Notes: generated by a model from the letters alone, not told the origin. 64,000 nt of DNA from Clostridiaceae bacterium (GCA_012519085.1 JAAYQX010000061.1:3987-67986); one strand, 5' to 3'. Shown: positions 1 to 9,622, counted from the first letter of the stretch. Program-made: numbers and translations.

Positions 1-875
1 CCAAGCTGCTGGATGCTTCGACCAGATTGGTTTTGCGTCTGCTGCGCATTGACCCCGACAAGGACAGTGACAGAGTGACGGAAGAAGAAATCAGGATTAT
101 GACTGAAGCAGGTGCCAGAACAGGCGATATACAAGTCGAAGATTTGACTTTGATTAAGAATATCTTCGCTTTCGATGATAAGGATGTCGCGGAAATAATG
201 ACCCCACGTACCAATATTGTGGCCCTGCATGTGGACTCAGACTATGAGGAAACCAAGGATACTGCCGCACATTCGCGCTTTTCCCGTATCCCGGTCTATC
301 GGGATAGCCTGGACGACATCGTAGGCGTTCTCTTTATTAAAGATCTGTTGCGGGTTCCGGAAAATCAGATCAAGCAATTCAGGTTGGAGCGGATCATCCG
401 CGAACCGTATTTTATTCCTGAGAGCAAACAGATAAATGTTCTGTTCCGAGAAATGCAACAAAATCGTCTCTCTCTGGCAGTAGTTGTTGATGAATATGGC
501 GGAACAGAAGGCATTATTACGATTGAGGATCTGCTGGAAGAAATAGTCGGCAATATTGAAGACGAATATGATATCTATGATGAGGAAATAGTGCAGGAGG
601 CGGACGGTAGTTATCTGATGAGCGGACTGCTGACACCTGCCAAGGTCGGGGAGTTCATACCCGCCATTGCCGAATTGGAAGATGATGATGACTTTGATAC
701 GATCGCAGGTTTTGTACTCAGCATCTTGGGCTATATTCCTGAACCCGGAGAACAACCTGAAGTAATATATGATAATTTGCGTTTTAAAGTGCTGGAAATG
801 GACGATAAACGCATTGCCAAAATCAAGCTGGACGTACTTGAACAACAGGCGGATAATGAAAAAGACGTTAACTAA
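1..875 (+). CDS. Hemolysin/CNNM-family membrane protein (CBS pair + CorC_HlyC C-terminus), 5'-truncated by the window edge
   Basis: The frame is open from base 3 (KLLDASTRLVLRLL...), so the Met at 27 is internal. CBS-like segments are present (IMTPRTNIVAL, FSRIPVY, LAVVVDEYGGTEGIITIEDLLEEIVG), followed by a CorC_HlyC-type tail (FDTIAGFVL..., RFKVLEMDDKRIAKIKL). Confidence 0.85.
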   Translation, partial: KLLDASTRLVLRLLRIDPDKDSDRVTEEEIRIMTEAGARTGDIQVEDLTLIKNIFAFDDKDVAEIMTPRTNIVALHVDSDYEETKDTAAHSRFSRIPVYRDSLDDIVGVLFIKDLLRVPENQIKQFRLERIIREPYFIPESKQINVLFREMQQNRLSLAVVVDEYGGTEGIITIEDLLEEIVGNIEDEYDIYDEEIVQEADGSYLMSGLLTPAKVGEFIPAIAELEDDDDFDTIAGFVLSILGYIPEPGEQPEVIYDNLRFKVLEMDDKRIAKIKLDVLEQQADNEKDVN

Positions 876-908
876 ACCAATCTAAATTCCTAAGGAGAAT
901 AGAAGCTG

Positions 909-3728
909 ATGAAACCGTGGCTACCTGCTGATGACCATAAGATTGCCTTGGATGGCGACATATTATATTCGGAAAGCATCGATAATATCCTAAATCAACT
1001 CGAAACCGACAGTGCGCAAGGTCTGACTGCCGCTGAAGCCGAGCAGCGTTTGCGCGAGGTCGGACCCAACAGCCTGACCGAAGAGAAGAAAGAATCCTTT
1101 CTACAGAAGCTCCTCAATCAGTTTAAAGATTTTATGATCATAATTTTGATCATTGCCTCTGTAATATCCGGTATTTTAGGCGAAATAGCTGATGCCATAA
1201 TCATTATTGCCATCGTGATTATTAATGCTGTGCTGGGTTTGATTCAGGAGGGCAGAGCAGAAAAGGCCATTGAGGCTTTACAGAAGATGTCGGCCCCGCA
1301 TGCCCGAATAGTGCGCGACGGCCAACAGATGTCAATTGAGGCCGAGGAATTGGTGCCGGGAGATATTGTGCTGCTGGAAGCCGGTGATATTGTGCCGGCC
1401 GATATCCGCCTGATAGAAAGCTCCAATCTCAAGGCGGAAGAAGCGGCTCTGACAGGTGAATCGGTACCGGTAGAAAAAGATGCCACTGTAGTATTGGAGA
1501 GTCCCCAAGGCATTGGCGATCGCGAGAATATGGTTTTCTCCAGCACCGCCATAACCTACGGCCGTGCCCGGGGTGTAGTAGTCACAACCGCTGATCATAC
1601 GGAGGTCGGCAAGATTGCCAGCCGTCTCCAAAGCATTGTTGTCGAGATGACTCCACTGCAAAAAAATCTCAATCAGTTGGGCAAGGTTCTCGGTATTATC
1701 TGTCTGGCAGTCAGTGCGATTGTCTTCGGTGTCGGTTTATTACAAGGCGGTGTTGTGCTCGACCTCTTCTTGACCGCAGTGAGTTTGGCTGTGGCAGCTA
1801 TCCCCGAGGGTCTACCGGCCGTTGTCACAATTGTGCTGGCTTTGGGAATGAATCGGATGGCCAAAAAGAATGCTATTGTCAAGCGCTTGCTGGCAGTAGA
1901 AACTTTGGGCAGTGTCAATGTGATCTGTACAGATAAGACCGGCACACTGACTCAAAATGAAATGACAGTTACCAGAATATATGCTGATGGCAAGCATTAT
2001 GCTGTCACAGGTGTAGGCTATGCGCCGGAAGGTGAGATCAGGTCGCTGCCCGCAGATCAGATGATCAATCTGCAAGCAGAGAATGTATTGCAGCGCTTAC
2101 TGGAGATTGCAGTTCTCTGCAATGATGCGGAATTGATAGAAGGTGAGTCTTGGAGCATACTGGGGGATCCTACTGAGGGTGCGATGCTGAGTGTTGCCGG
2201 CAAAGGCGGCATCTTACCTCGAGAATTGGCAGAAAAGCATAGTCGCCAAGGGGAATTGCCCTTTGATTCAGCGCGCAAAATGATGTCCGTTTTTCATGAT
2301 TCACTGGGTGAAAGTTGCCTATCTCTGACCAAGGGTGCTCCTGATATCATCCTTAACCGCTGCCAGCAAGTAATGACAGCACAAGGCGCCGTAGACCTGA
2401 GTGAAGAGACTAAGCAGGAAATCCTGGATGTGAATATACAACTGGCCAGGCAGGCTTTGCGAGTCCTTGCTTTCGCCTATAAGGAACATCCTGATTCCGA
2501 CTATACGGGAGCGGAAGACCGGATGGTTTTTGTCGGCTTGATGGGTATGATTGATCCGGCCCGACCGGAGGCAAAAGCTGCCATTGAAGTTTGTCATGAT
2601 GCCGGCATTGAAGTTGTTATGATTACCGGCGACTATAAAGAAACTGCGATGGCGATAGCTGATGATTTAGGCTTGCGTGATGCCGATGACCGTGTTATCA
2701 CCGGTGCCGAACTGGACCAGATGAGCCAGGAAGAGTTAATGGAGCTGGTTGCCAATACTACGGTCTATGCCAGAGTTTCTCCCGAGCATAAAGTGAGAAT
2801 TGTCGAGGCGCTCCGGGCCACCGGGCACATTGCCTCGATGACCGGTGACGGCGTTAACGATGCCCCCGCTCTAAAGGAAGCCGATATCGGTGTTGCCATG
2901 GGCATTACAGGTACGGAAGTGGCCAAGGGGTCTGCCGATATGATCCTGACGGACGATAATTTTGCCACGATTGTTAGTGCGGTTGAAGAGGGCCGCATCA
3001 TTTACAGCAATATTCGTAAGTTTGTCAGCTTCCTGCTGTCCTGCAATGTCGGTGAGATCTTGGTAATCTTCATCACCAATTTGCTGTTGGGACCGGACTT
3101 TACACCCTTGAGACCGATCCAGCTACTATGGCTGAATCTGGTCACGGACAGTTTTCCGGCGCTGGCTTTGGGCCGGGAAAGAGGCGAAGATGATATCATG
3201 CTGCAGCCACCCCGGTCTAGCACGGTAAAGATTCTGAACCGTCCGATGCTGCTCTCAATTGTCTCTCAGGCAACAGCAATTTTTATTGCTGTCTTTGCTG
3301 CTTTCCAGGTAGGCAGATTTATCTACCCGGATGTGGTACTGAATGCACAGGAACAGATAGTCAGAACAGCAAACAGCTTCAATTTCCTGCCGCTGGCAGG
3401 CTTTGCACCCTCGGTCGGTGCGCGCACATATGCATTTATCACCCTGATCTTAGCTGAACTGATGCGGGCATATTCGAGCAGATCGGAGAAATACTCCGTT
3501 TGGCATCTGGGCGCTTTTACCAACAAGTTTTTAAACCGCGCCATCTTGCTGTCAGTTGCTCTGACTTTAGCTGTAATATATCTACCGTTTTTAGATCCGC
3601 TGTTCCATACGCAGGCGCTATTGCCTATGGATTGGCTGTGCATCATCCCGCTGGCACTGGTACCCTTTGCCGCCGGCGAATTGCACAAGACCTTTTATCG
3701 AAAGCGCCTGGAAAGCAGGAAATGCTGA
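909..3728 (+). CDS. P-type (P2A, SERCA/PacL-like) Ca2+-transporting ATPase
   Basis: 939 aa. Motifs seen: TGES actuator (LTGESVPVEK), PEGLP, the CTDKTGTLT phosphorylation site and the hinge TGDGVNDAPALKEADIGVAMG. An AAGGAGA RBS lies upstream. Confidence 0.92.
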   Translation: MKPWLPADDHKIALDGDILYSESIDNILNQLETDSAQGLTAAEAEQRLREVGPNSLTEEKKESFLQKLLNQFKDFMIIILIIASVISGILGEIADAIIIIAIVIINAVLGLIQEGRAEKAIEALQKMSAPHARIVRDGQQMSIEAEELVPGDIVLLEAGDIVPADIRLIESSNLKAEEAALTGESVPVEKDATVVLESPQGIGDRENMVFSSTAITYGRARGVVVTTADHTEVGKIASRLQSIVVEMTPLQKNLNQLGKVLGIICLAVSAIVFGVGLLQGGVVLDLFLTAVSLAVAAIPEGLPAVVTIVLALGMNRMAKKNAIVKRLLAVETLGSVNVICTDKTGTLTQNEMTVTRIYADGKHYAVTGVGYAPEGEIRSLPADQMINLQAENVLQRLLEIAVLCNDAELIEGESWSILGDPTEGAMLSVAGKGGILPRELAEKHSRQGELPFDSARKMMSVFHDSLGESCLSLTKGAPDIILNRCQQVMTAQGAVDLSEETKQEILDVNIQLARQALRVLAFAYKEHPDSDYTGAEDRMVFVGLMGMIDPARPEAKAAIEVCHDAGIEVVMITGDYKETAMAIADDLGLRDADDRVITGAELDQMSQEELMELVANTTVYARVSPEHKVRIVEALRATGHIASMTGDGVNDAPALKEADIGVAMGITGTEVAKGSADMILTDDNFATIVSAVEEGRIIYSNIRKFVSFLLSCNVGEILVIFITNLLLGPDFTPLRPIQLLWLNLVTDSFPALALGRERGEDDIMLQPPRSSTVKILNRPMLLSIVSQATAIFIAVFAAFQVGRFIYPDVVLNAQEQIVRTANSFNFLPLAGFAPSVGARTYAFITLILAELMRAYSSRSEKYSVWHLGAFTNKFLNRAILLSVALTLAVIYLPFLDPLFHTQALLPMDWLCIIPLALVPFAAGELHKTFYRKRLESRKC

Positions 3729-3832
3729 CAGGTCGATAACTGCCCGGGGACTGCGATTATGTCAACAGGGCATCTAACTATATAGTAAGCTAATTGCTTG
3801 GGACAACTGCCAGCATCGGCTCTGTCGTAAAT

Positions 3833-3861
3833 TTGACAGGTGAGGGCAGACACTGTAAAAT
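3833..3861 (+). promoter_or_regulatory. Sigma-A-type promoter of the infC-rpmI-rplT operon
   Basis: TTGACA (3833-3838), an exact 17-nt spacer, then TAAAAT (3856-3861). It lies about 140 nt upstream of the infC start. Confidence 0.55.
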
Positions 3862-4000
3862 AACGGACGTAACAAGCAGAAGTTCCGCTTCTCACCTTCA
3901 GCTGTTGAGCGAAAAGGTTTATCTGGATGACTATGCTAGGCGCTGGTATTCATGAGCGGAACGAACACCGCTCTTTTTTAATGCGGAGAAAGGAAGGAGA
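3862..4000 (+). promoter_or_regulatory. L20-leader-like transcription attenuator upstream of infC
   Basis: The ~135-nt untranslated leader between the promoter and infC ends in an intrinsic terminator just before the infC RBS. This matches the Firmicute L20-autoregulated infC operon leader by position and architecture. Identity with the Rfam model was not verified. Confidence 0.45.
3954..3979 (+). terminator. Leader (attenuator) terminator in front of infC
   Basis: Stem GAGCGG (3954-3959) pairs with CCGCTC (3968-3973) around an 8-nt loop, followed by TTTTTT (3974-3979). Confidence 0.6.
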
Positions 4001-4537
4001 ATTATAGGCAAGCGAAACAGGCACATCATTAACGAGGACATCCGCTTCTCCAAAGTCAGGGTAGTTGATGCTAATGGAGAAATGATTGGGATCATTCCAA
4101 TTGAAGATGCACTGGACAAGGCCCGTCAGGCAGGGCTTGATCTGGTCCTCGTATCACCGAATCCACAAAATCCTGTGGCGAAGATTATGGATTACGGTAA
4201 ATATGCCTACGATCAGGCAAAGCGAGAAAGAGAAGCCAGGCGGAATCAAAAAACTACCACCGTCAAAGAAGTACAGCTCAAATTGACTACCGAGGAGCAC
4301 GATTTGGATTTTAAGGTTCGAAATGCCAAGCGCTTCCTCAATGATGGCGATCGAGTCAAGGTAGTGATCAGATTCCGAGGCAGGGAGATGGCTCATCAGG
4401 AGCAGGGTTATGATGTGATGAAAAACTTTGCCGAGGCCAGCTCTGATTCCGGGCTGGTGGATCGCCCGCCCCGAATTGAGGGTCGTCATATGATTATGTA
4501 TCTGGCACCTCATAAGGATAAGGCGAAAACTAACTAA
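4001..4537 (+). CDS. infC: Translation initiation factor IF-3, with a non-AUG (AUU/AUA) start
   Basis: The conserved IF-3 N-terminus (IINEDIRFSKVRVVDANGEMIGI) lies in frame upstream of the first ATG at 4082. There is an in-frame stop at 3953 and no ATG/GTG/TTG between them. ATT at 4001 and ATA at 4004 follow a GGAGAAAGGAAGGAGA purine tract. Confidence 0.88.
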   Translation: MIGKRNRHIINEDIRFSKVRVVDANGEMIGIIPIEDALDKARQAGLDLVLVSPNPQNPVAKIMDYGKYAYDQAKREREARRNQKTTTVKEVQLKLTTEEHDLDFKVRNAKRFLNDGDRVKVVIRFRGREMAHQEQGYDVMKNFAEASSDSGLVDRPPRIEGRHMIMYLAPHKDKAKTN

Positions 4538-4585
4538 GCGAATAAATAGTAGCAATGTATATACAATGAGAGGATGGGATGCAAT

Positions 4586-4786
4586 ATGCCTAAAATGAAA
4601 TCACACAGTTCGTCTAAAAAAAGATACAAAATTACCGGTACGGGTAAATTTATACGTGCTCAGGCCGGTAAGCGGCATATATTGACCAAGAAAACTGCCA
4701 AACGGAAACGTCAGCTGCGTGGGCCGGCACAGGTTGACAAAACATATGTCAAGAACTTGCGCAAGCTGCTTCCCTATGCGGACTAA
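4586..4786 (+). CDS. rpmI: 50S ribosomal protein L35
   Basis: [22 protein letters not shown]... is a typical L35. A GAGAGGA RBS precedes the ATG at 4586. It sits at the expected position between infC and rplT. Confidence 0.93.
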   Translation: MPKMKSHSSSKKRYKITGTGKFIRAQAGKRHILTKKTAKRKRQLRGPAQVDKTYVKNLRKLLPYAD

Positions 4787-4824
4787 GTGAAAGAATTTGC
4801 TGATTATTAGCAGGAGGTCAAATT

Positions 4825-5178
4825 ATGTCAAGAGTAAAACGAGGCGTTAATGCAAGGGCACGCCATAAAAAAGTCCTTAAGCAGGCAAAAGGCTATTTCG
4901 GTCATAAAAGCAAACTGTTCAGAGTTGCCAACCAGGCTGTTCTTAAGTCAGGCAATTATGCCTATAGAGACAGACGCAGAAAAAAGCGCGATTTCAGGAG
5001 ACTTTGGATTGCTAGGATTAATGCTGCCAGCCGTCAAAATGGACTCAGTTATTCTAAATTCATCAATGGGTTGAAAAAGGCCGGTATCGGTCTGGATCGT
5101 AAAATTTTGGCAGATATGGCTGTTAACGACAAAGAGGGTTTTGCCTCTTTGGTTGAACAGGCACAGGCTCAATTATAG
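4825..5178 (+). CDS. rplT: 50S ribosomal protein L20
   Basis: [26 protein letters not shown]... is a canonical L20. An AGGAGG RBS is present. Confidence 0.95.
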   Translation: MSRVKRGVNARARHKKVLKQAKGYFGHKSKLFRVANQAVLKSGNYAYRDRRRKKRDFRRLWIARINAASRQNGLSYSKFINGLKKAGIGLDRKILADMAVNDKEGFASLVEQAQAQL

Positions 5179-5202
5179 ATAAAACATTTGCTTGTATTCT
5201 TT

Positions 5203-5237
5203 GAGGGTTGTCCTGCTGTGGGATAACCCTTATTTTT
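5203..5237 (+). terminator. Intrinsic terminator after rplT
   Basis: A 9-11 bp stem (GGGTTGTCC 5205-5213 with GGATAACCC 5221-5229) and a 7-nt loop, then TATTTTT. Confidence 0.7.
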
Positions 5238-5291
5238 CGGCTTTATTTGGTTCTCAGGACTTACTTTGCTAAAATTTAAGAGTGAAGCAAG

Positions 5292-6104
5292 ATGGAAAAT
5301 ATAGTGAGAGTGAAATCCAGTCAGGATGAGCTGTTCCGGCGTATACGCAATCTGATACGGAATAGTTCCAAGAGAAGAGACGATCTGCTCTTGATTGAAG
5401 GCAGACGTCAGCTGCTTGCTGCCTTGGACAGCGGGCTGGAGGCTGAATATCTGATCTTCGCCCACAATGCCAATGGTGAAGACCTGATCCGCGAGATCTT
5501 GGGGAAATACCCTCAGAAACTACAGCCGATAGGTATGAAGCCATCTTTGTTTGCAGAACTGGCCGCAACCAGAAATAGCCAGGGGATCATCATGTTGGCT
5601 AAAATGCCTCCTCTGGAATCAGAACCGGCAATCATACTGGCAGCCGGCGGCCCGATCTTGATCTTGGAGAATATCCAAGATCCGGGCAATACGGGAACTT
5701 TAATCAGAACCGCCGCTGCTTTTGGTTTTGCGGCAGTGATCATAACGGAAGGCGGTTGCCAGCCTTTTAATGACAAGGCGTTGCGGGCCAGCATGGGAGC
5801 TGCTTTTCGTTTGCCCCTGCTAACCGACTGTTGCTTGACAGATATTATTCCCGTGCTTAAGGACTATAATTATCAGCTGTTTGCCGCAGATATGCAGGGA
5901 CTGTCGGTTGATGAGGTTGATGTTTCGGAACATAAGAATATTGCCTTGCTCCTAGGCAACGAAGGAGCCGGCATCAGTGATCTGGCCAGAGCCAGTTTCC
6001 GCCTGATCTCTGTGCCGATGACGGGGGCCGTTGAATCACTCAATGTGGCCATGGCGGGCACGATTCTCTGCTGGGAATTATTTCGGCACAGAAAAAGGTC
6101 CTGA
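5292..6104 (+). CDS. TrmH/SpoU-family RNA 2'-O-methyltransferase
   Basis: 270 aa with SpoU motifs (ILENIQDPGNTGTLIRTAAAFG, LLLGNEGAGIS, VESLNVAMAGTILCWE). Its location downstream of rplT matches the arrangement of ysgA-type genes. Confidence 0.85.
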   Translation: MENIVRVKSSQDELFRRIRNLIRNSSKRRDDLLLIEGRRQLLAALDSGLEAEYLIFAHNANGEDLIREILGKYPQKLQPIGMKPSLFAELAATRNSQGIIMLAKMPPLESEPAIILAAGGPILILENIQDPGNTGTLIRTAAAFGFAAVIITEGGCQPFNDKALRASMGAAFRLPLLTDCCLTDIIPVLKDYNYQLFAADMQGLSVDEVDVSEHKNIALLLGNEGAGISDLARASFRLISVPMTGAVESLNVAMAGTILCWELFRHRKRS

Positions 6105-6121
6105 GCGAAAGATCAGGACCT
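6096..6121 (-). terminator. Hairpin terminator of the tRNA-Glu transcript, overlapping the stop codon of the convergent methyltransferase gene
   Basis: A 9-bp stem (AGGTCCTGA 6096-6104 with TCAGGACCT 6113-6121). On the minus strand it is followed by TTTTT-C. The TGA stop at 6102-6104 lies inside the stem. Confidence 0.55.
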
Positions 6122-6122
6122 C

Positions 6123-6197
6123 TGGTGACCCTAAGGAGAATCGAACTCCTGATTCCGCCTTGAGAGGGCGGCGTCTTAACCGCTTGACCATAGGGCC
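6123..6197 (-). tRNA. tRNA-Glu (anticodon CUC)
   Basis: The reverse complement is GGCCCTATGGTCAAGCGGTTAAGACGCCGCCCTCTCAAGGCGGAATCAGGAGTTCGATTCTCCTTAGGGTCACCA. It folds into a full cloverleaf with a 7-bp acceptor stem, anticodon loop CTCTCAA, T-loop TTCGATT and an encoded CCA. Confidence 0.93.
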
Positions 6198-6212
6198 GAG
6201 GCAAGCTCGCAT

Positions 6213-6221
6213 ATTATAGCA
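6213..6221 (-). promoter_or_regulatory. Extended -10 promoter element for tRNA-Glu
   Basis: The minus strand reads TGCTATAAT (TGnTATAAT) 15 nt upstream of the mature tRNA 5' end. No convincing -35 was seen. Confidence 0.45.
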
Positions 6222-6259
6222 ATTCAAGTTTACCGATGCAAGCGCAGGAGGTGACAGAG

Positions 6260-8017
6260 ATGGACGAATTGAATCAATCCGGGCGCTGGGATCTGGACTC
6301 TCTATATGCCGGACTGTCAGATCCAAGCTTTGTCAGTGATCAGATAAAAATGCAGGAGTTGGCTGAGAAAGGTTCTCAACTGTTGCAGTTGCCCCTGCCG
6401 GACAGATTGTCAGCCGGTCTGGAGTGGTGGGAAGAACAGCATATTCTGCGCAAGAAGATTTTCCCTTATCTAATTCTAAGAAATTCTGAGGATAGCTCTG
6501 ATTTAGAGGTTAGAGCGGAACTGAAGAGATATCGGCAGTACCAAGCTGCGGTTGATTTAGTCATTGTTGGTCTTAAAAAGACTATCGCTGAAGTAGATTT
6601 GGCGGAATTTCTGGCTGTCAATCCGCACTGGCGGGATTATGAGTTCTTTCTCAAACAAATTCAAATTAGGGCCGAGCGCTTGCTGACCGAGGAGACAGAA
6701 CGATTGCTGTCTGCCGTGACCAATTCAAGTGTTCAGAACTGGGTCCAGCTGATATCTGATTTGATCTCGCAGCAAACAATTATATTTGATGGTAAGACTA
6801 TTGGCCTCGGCCGGCTTAATGCGCTGCAAAAAGATACTGATCGCAATCTTAGACAACGCGCCTATCAAAAGGAATTGGAAATATATGCCGGGATTGAATT
6901 GCCTGCTGCCTATGCTCTGAACAGTATCAAGTCATATGCTGCCGCTATGGCTAAGACCAGAGGTTATAGTGAAGCTTTAGCGGAAACTCTGAGTTTATCC
7001 CGCCTTAAGCGTGAGACTCTGGATAGTCTTCTGCAGGCTGTCCGGCAATATCTGCCCCTTTTTCAGCAATTTTTACAGGCCAAAAGCCGGCTGATCTCCG
7101 GCCGGAACCAAATCGCCTGGTACGATTTGTGGGCTCCTGTGGGTGAGAGCAGACAAAAATTCAGTCCCCAAGAAGCGGAGAAACTGATTGTTAATATTTT
7201 CAGCGACTTGCACCCGCCCCTGTCCAGATTGATAAAAAGAGCATTTGAGGAGCACTGGATTGATTTTTATCCCAGACTGAATAAAACAGGAGGATCTTCT
7301 TTCTGCTTCAATTTGCCCGTGCACTGTCAATCCAGGATTCTGACCAATTTTACCGGTGATCTGGGCTCGGTTAAGACTCTAGTACATGAGCTGGGACATG
7401 CCTACCATGGCAGCATTATCTGCCAACATAGGCCCTTGAATCAGGAATATACTCTACCCTTAGCCGAAACAGCCTCGACTTTTAATGAAACGCATTTTTA
7501 TCTGGCTTTGTTGGAGTGTCAGCAAGAGGCAGCAGAGCGTATTTCCCTCCTCAATGATTGCATTTCCGCCGCTGTTCTCTTCATTTGCGATATGTATGCA
7601 CGCTTCCGTTTTGAACAGGAAGTGTTTGAGGCCTGTGAACAGAGATTTTTAGCACCGGCTACTCTTTGCCGTCTGATGTCGGATGCCCAGCGGGAAGCCT
7701 ATGGTGAAGCGCTGGAGCCAGGCCTGGACCATCCCTATCAATGGATTGCCAAGGATCATTATTATTCACTGAGAGTCAACTATTATAATTTTCCCTATAC
7801 ATTCGGCACACTCTTTGCCGTTGGACTCTATCACAAATTACGGCAAGAGGGGACCGACTTTATGGCTAAATATGATCGTCTGTTGGCCGGTACCACCACT
7901 TCCTCCTGCGAAGATGCAGCCCTCAGTATCGGTCTGGATCTGACAACAGAAGATTTCTGGCTGGAGAGCTTGAGCCACTACGCCGATTTGATCCGGGAAT
8001 TTCTCCGGCTAGCCTGA
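6260..8017 (+). CDS. pepF: M3B-family oligoendopeptidase F
   Basis: Contains the HEXXH zinc motif VHELGHAYH, and both length and overall pattern fit PepF. I prefer the ATG at 6260 because AGGAGG (6246-6251) lies 8 nt upstream; the ORF-track start is 6236. Confidence 0.85.
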   Translation: MDELNQSGRWDLDSLYAGLSDPSFVSDQIKMQELAEKGSQLLQLPLPDRLSAGLEWWEEQHILRKKIFPYLILRNSEDSSDLEVRAELKRYRQYQAAVDLVIVGLKKTIAEVDLAEFLAVNPHWRDYEFFLKQIQIRAERLLTEETERLLSAVTNSSVQNWVQLISDLISQQTIIFDGKTIGLGRLNALQKDTDRNLRQRAYQKELEIYAGIELPAAYALNSIKSYAAAMAKTRGYSEALAETLSLSRLKRETLDSLLQAVRQYLPLFQQFLQAKSRLISGRNQIAWYDLWAPVGESRQKFSPQEAEKLIVNIFSDLHPPLSRLIKRAFEEHWIDFYPRLNKTGGSSFCFNLPVHCQSRILTNFTGDLGSVKTLVHELGHAYHGSIICQHRPLNQEYTLPLAETASTFNETHFYLALLECQQEAAERISLLNDCISAAVLFICDMYARFRFEQEVFEACEQRFLAPATLCRLMSDAQREAYGEALEPGLDHPYQWIAKDHYYSLRVNYYNFPYTFGTLFAVGLYHKLRQEGTDFMAKYDRLLAGTTTSSCEDAALSIGLDLTTEDFWLESLSHYADLIREFLRLA

Positions 8018-8102
8018 CACCCCCGGCGTTATTATTGCCACTCCGCGGTTTTGTTGATAAACTGAAAGATATATTTGGCTGAATAATTATGGGGGTCGTA
8101 GT

Positions 8103-8498
8103 ATGTTGTCAATGCGAGCCAGAAAAGCTGTTTTCGGGCTTGGGGTATTTTTTCTTATAATTGCTTTTTTTTCAAAATTTACCCAGGTGGACAAAAAAAC
8201 TGTGCGCACATTCCTGGCGGTGGGGGGCGAGCATAATACAGGACTGTACTTAATGATTGTACTGCCCTTGCTTATCGTGTTGGCAGTCAATATCCTGAAT
8301 CTGCTCCGGAGTGATAAAGTATTACGTGTCATCGCATTGGCTGTGAATATCCTCGGCATTGTCTGGGGTATAATTCTTTATTATGCTTTGGCAGCGGATT
8401 CATCATTGAAGACTACACCTGCTTTATTCCTCATCATCGCCGGAGCTGTTTTTTTCTTTGGTGCTCTCATGACACATCCCGACTATGATGAAGAGTAA
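8103..8498 (+). CDS. Hypothetical small integral membrane protein (about 4 TM segments)
   Basis: The 131-aa ORF is almost entirely hydrophobic helices. No family was recognised. Confidence 0.55.
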   Translation: MLSMRARKAVFGLGVFFLIIAFFSKFTQVDKKTVRTFLAVGGEHNTGLYLMIVLPLLIVLAVNILNLLRSDKVLRVIALAVNILGIVWGIILYYALAADSSLKTTPALFLIIAGAVFFFGALMTHPDYDEE

Positions 8499-8550
8499 TA
8501 GCGGACAGAACAAAAACTTGTACTGCCGGACCTTGTGAGAGGGGGACTGT

Positions 8551-9558
8551 ATGCCAGATACAAATGTGATCAATAATTCCGACAATTCTGTGACATTACC
8601 TCGCTTGGCGACATTTGGCGGGGTTGTCTCAGAGAAGGCAGAACGGACAGTCGAGACCATTCAACGAAAGGATTTGAGATTTAGGATCTTAAATGCCCTG
8701 ACGGCTGCAGTTTTTGCCTATCCTTGGATTTTATTTTTCAAGGCGATCAAATTGATGGATATGAACCGGATAACCTGGGTCGATTTTCTGCTCATGATTA
8801 TATTTCTTTTGACTTGTTTTGGTTTTGCAGTCAATTCGCGCAAAACAGGACGTTCCTTTTCCGGTTATCTGATCTATCCTTATGTATTGGCGGCTCTGAT
8901 GCCGGTGCTGGTTTATCTGGGACGTCTCCTGCCCCGAGTAGGCTCTGGTCTGATGAGAGAAGGTTTGGGCGGGGCTGTCAAATCCGCGATACGGATAAAC
9001 AAGGGGCTTTTTTCTCAGGCCGGTTTTTTCTTTATCTTGTTTTTGGTTGCCTCAATAGTGCTGGCCGTGGTTTCATTATTTGAACTCTTATCTATAAGAC
9101 GTCTGTTTTTTTCGCTGCGTCGGGAGCATTACCGGATAGTGCGTATCTTAGAAGAGGCGACAATCCTGAAGATTGTACGTTTCCTGGGCCTGATAAATCT
9201 GCTCTATCTGATTGTTATGATCGCCTATTACTACCATTATGCTATCTCGACACCGGGTTATAATCATTGGATTACAGGAATCATGACCATAGTATTTGCC
9301 TTCGTCTTTTTCAATATGCTGGCGAATCTCTATACCGTAATTAAGTATGATACTTACAATGTCCGCACCGGTCCGTTCTTGTTTATTTATGGCCTGACCA
9401 TTGCTCTGATGCAGTTTACCAGCGTGGCCGGCCTGCCGATCATACGTACCGCGAGTGGAACTCTGCAGCCAATGAGCATTCTTGGTATGGTGTATTTTTT
9501 CTTTCTCAGTACGGGCATTTTTTGCTCATTACTTGGTTCTTACTTCACCAAAGCATAG
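8551..9558 (+). CDS. Hypothetical polytopic membrane protein
   Basis: 335 aa with a ~50-aa polar N-terminus followed by about 8 hydrophobic segments. A GAGAGGGGG RBS is present. No family was recognised. Confidence 0.6.
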   Translation: MPDTNVINNSDNSVTLPRLATFGGVVSEKAERTVETIQRKDLRFRILNALTAAVFAYPWILFFKAIKLMDMNRITWVDFLLMIIFLLTCFGFAVNSRKTGRSFSGYLIYPYVLAALMPVLVYLGRLLPRVGSGLMREGLGGAVKSAIRINKGLFSQAGFFFILFLVASIVLAVVSLFELLSIRRLFFSLRREHYRIVRILEEATILKIVRFLGLINLLYLIVMIAYYYHYAISTPGYNHWITGIMTIVFAFVFFNMLANLYTVIKYDTYNVRTGPFLFIYGLTIALMQFTSVAGLPIIRTASGTLQPMSILGMVYFFFLSTGIFCSLLGSYFTKA

Positions 9559-9587
9559 ATTTTAACTGGGGTGTAATTTGTTACGAA

Positions 9588-9622
9588 ACAGGACTTTGTC
9601 GGACGGAAGTCCTGTTTCTTTA
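9588..9622 (+). terminator. Intrinsic terminator after the membrane-protein gene, just upstream of uvrA
   Basis: ACAGGACTT (9588-9596) pairs with AAGTCCTGT (9607-9615) around a 10-nt loop, followed by TTCTTTAT. Confidence 0.6.

Noticed and set aside
237-845. 202-aa ORF on the minus strand. The same applies to the other long antisense ORFs in the track, for example 11823-12347, 18112-18816, 20977-21390, 30765-31294 and 60836-61258.
   Set aside because: Each lies entirely antisense to a confidently identified conserved gene. Their translations are low-complexity or stop-poor artefacts with no recognisable motifs, and none has an RBS.
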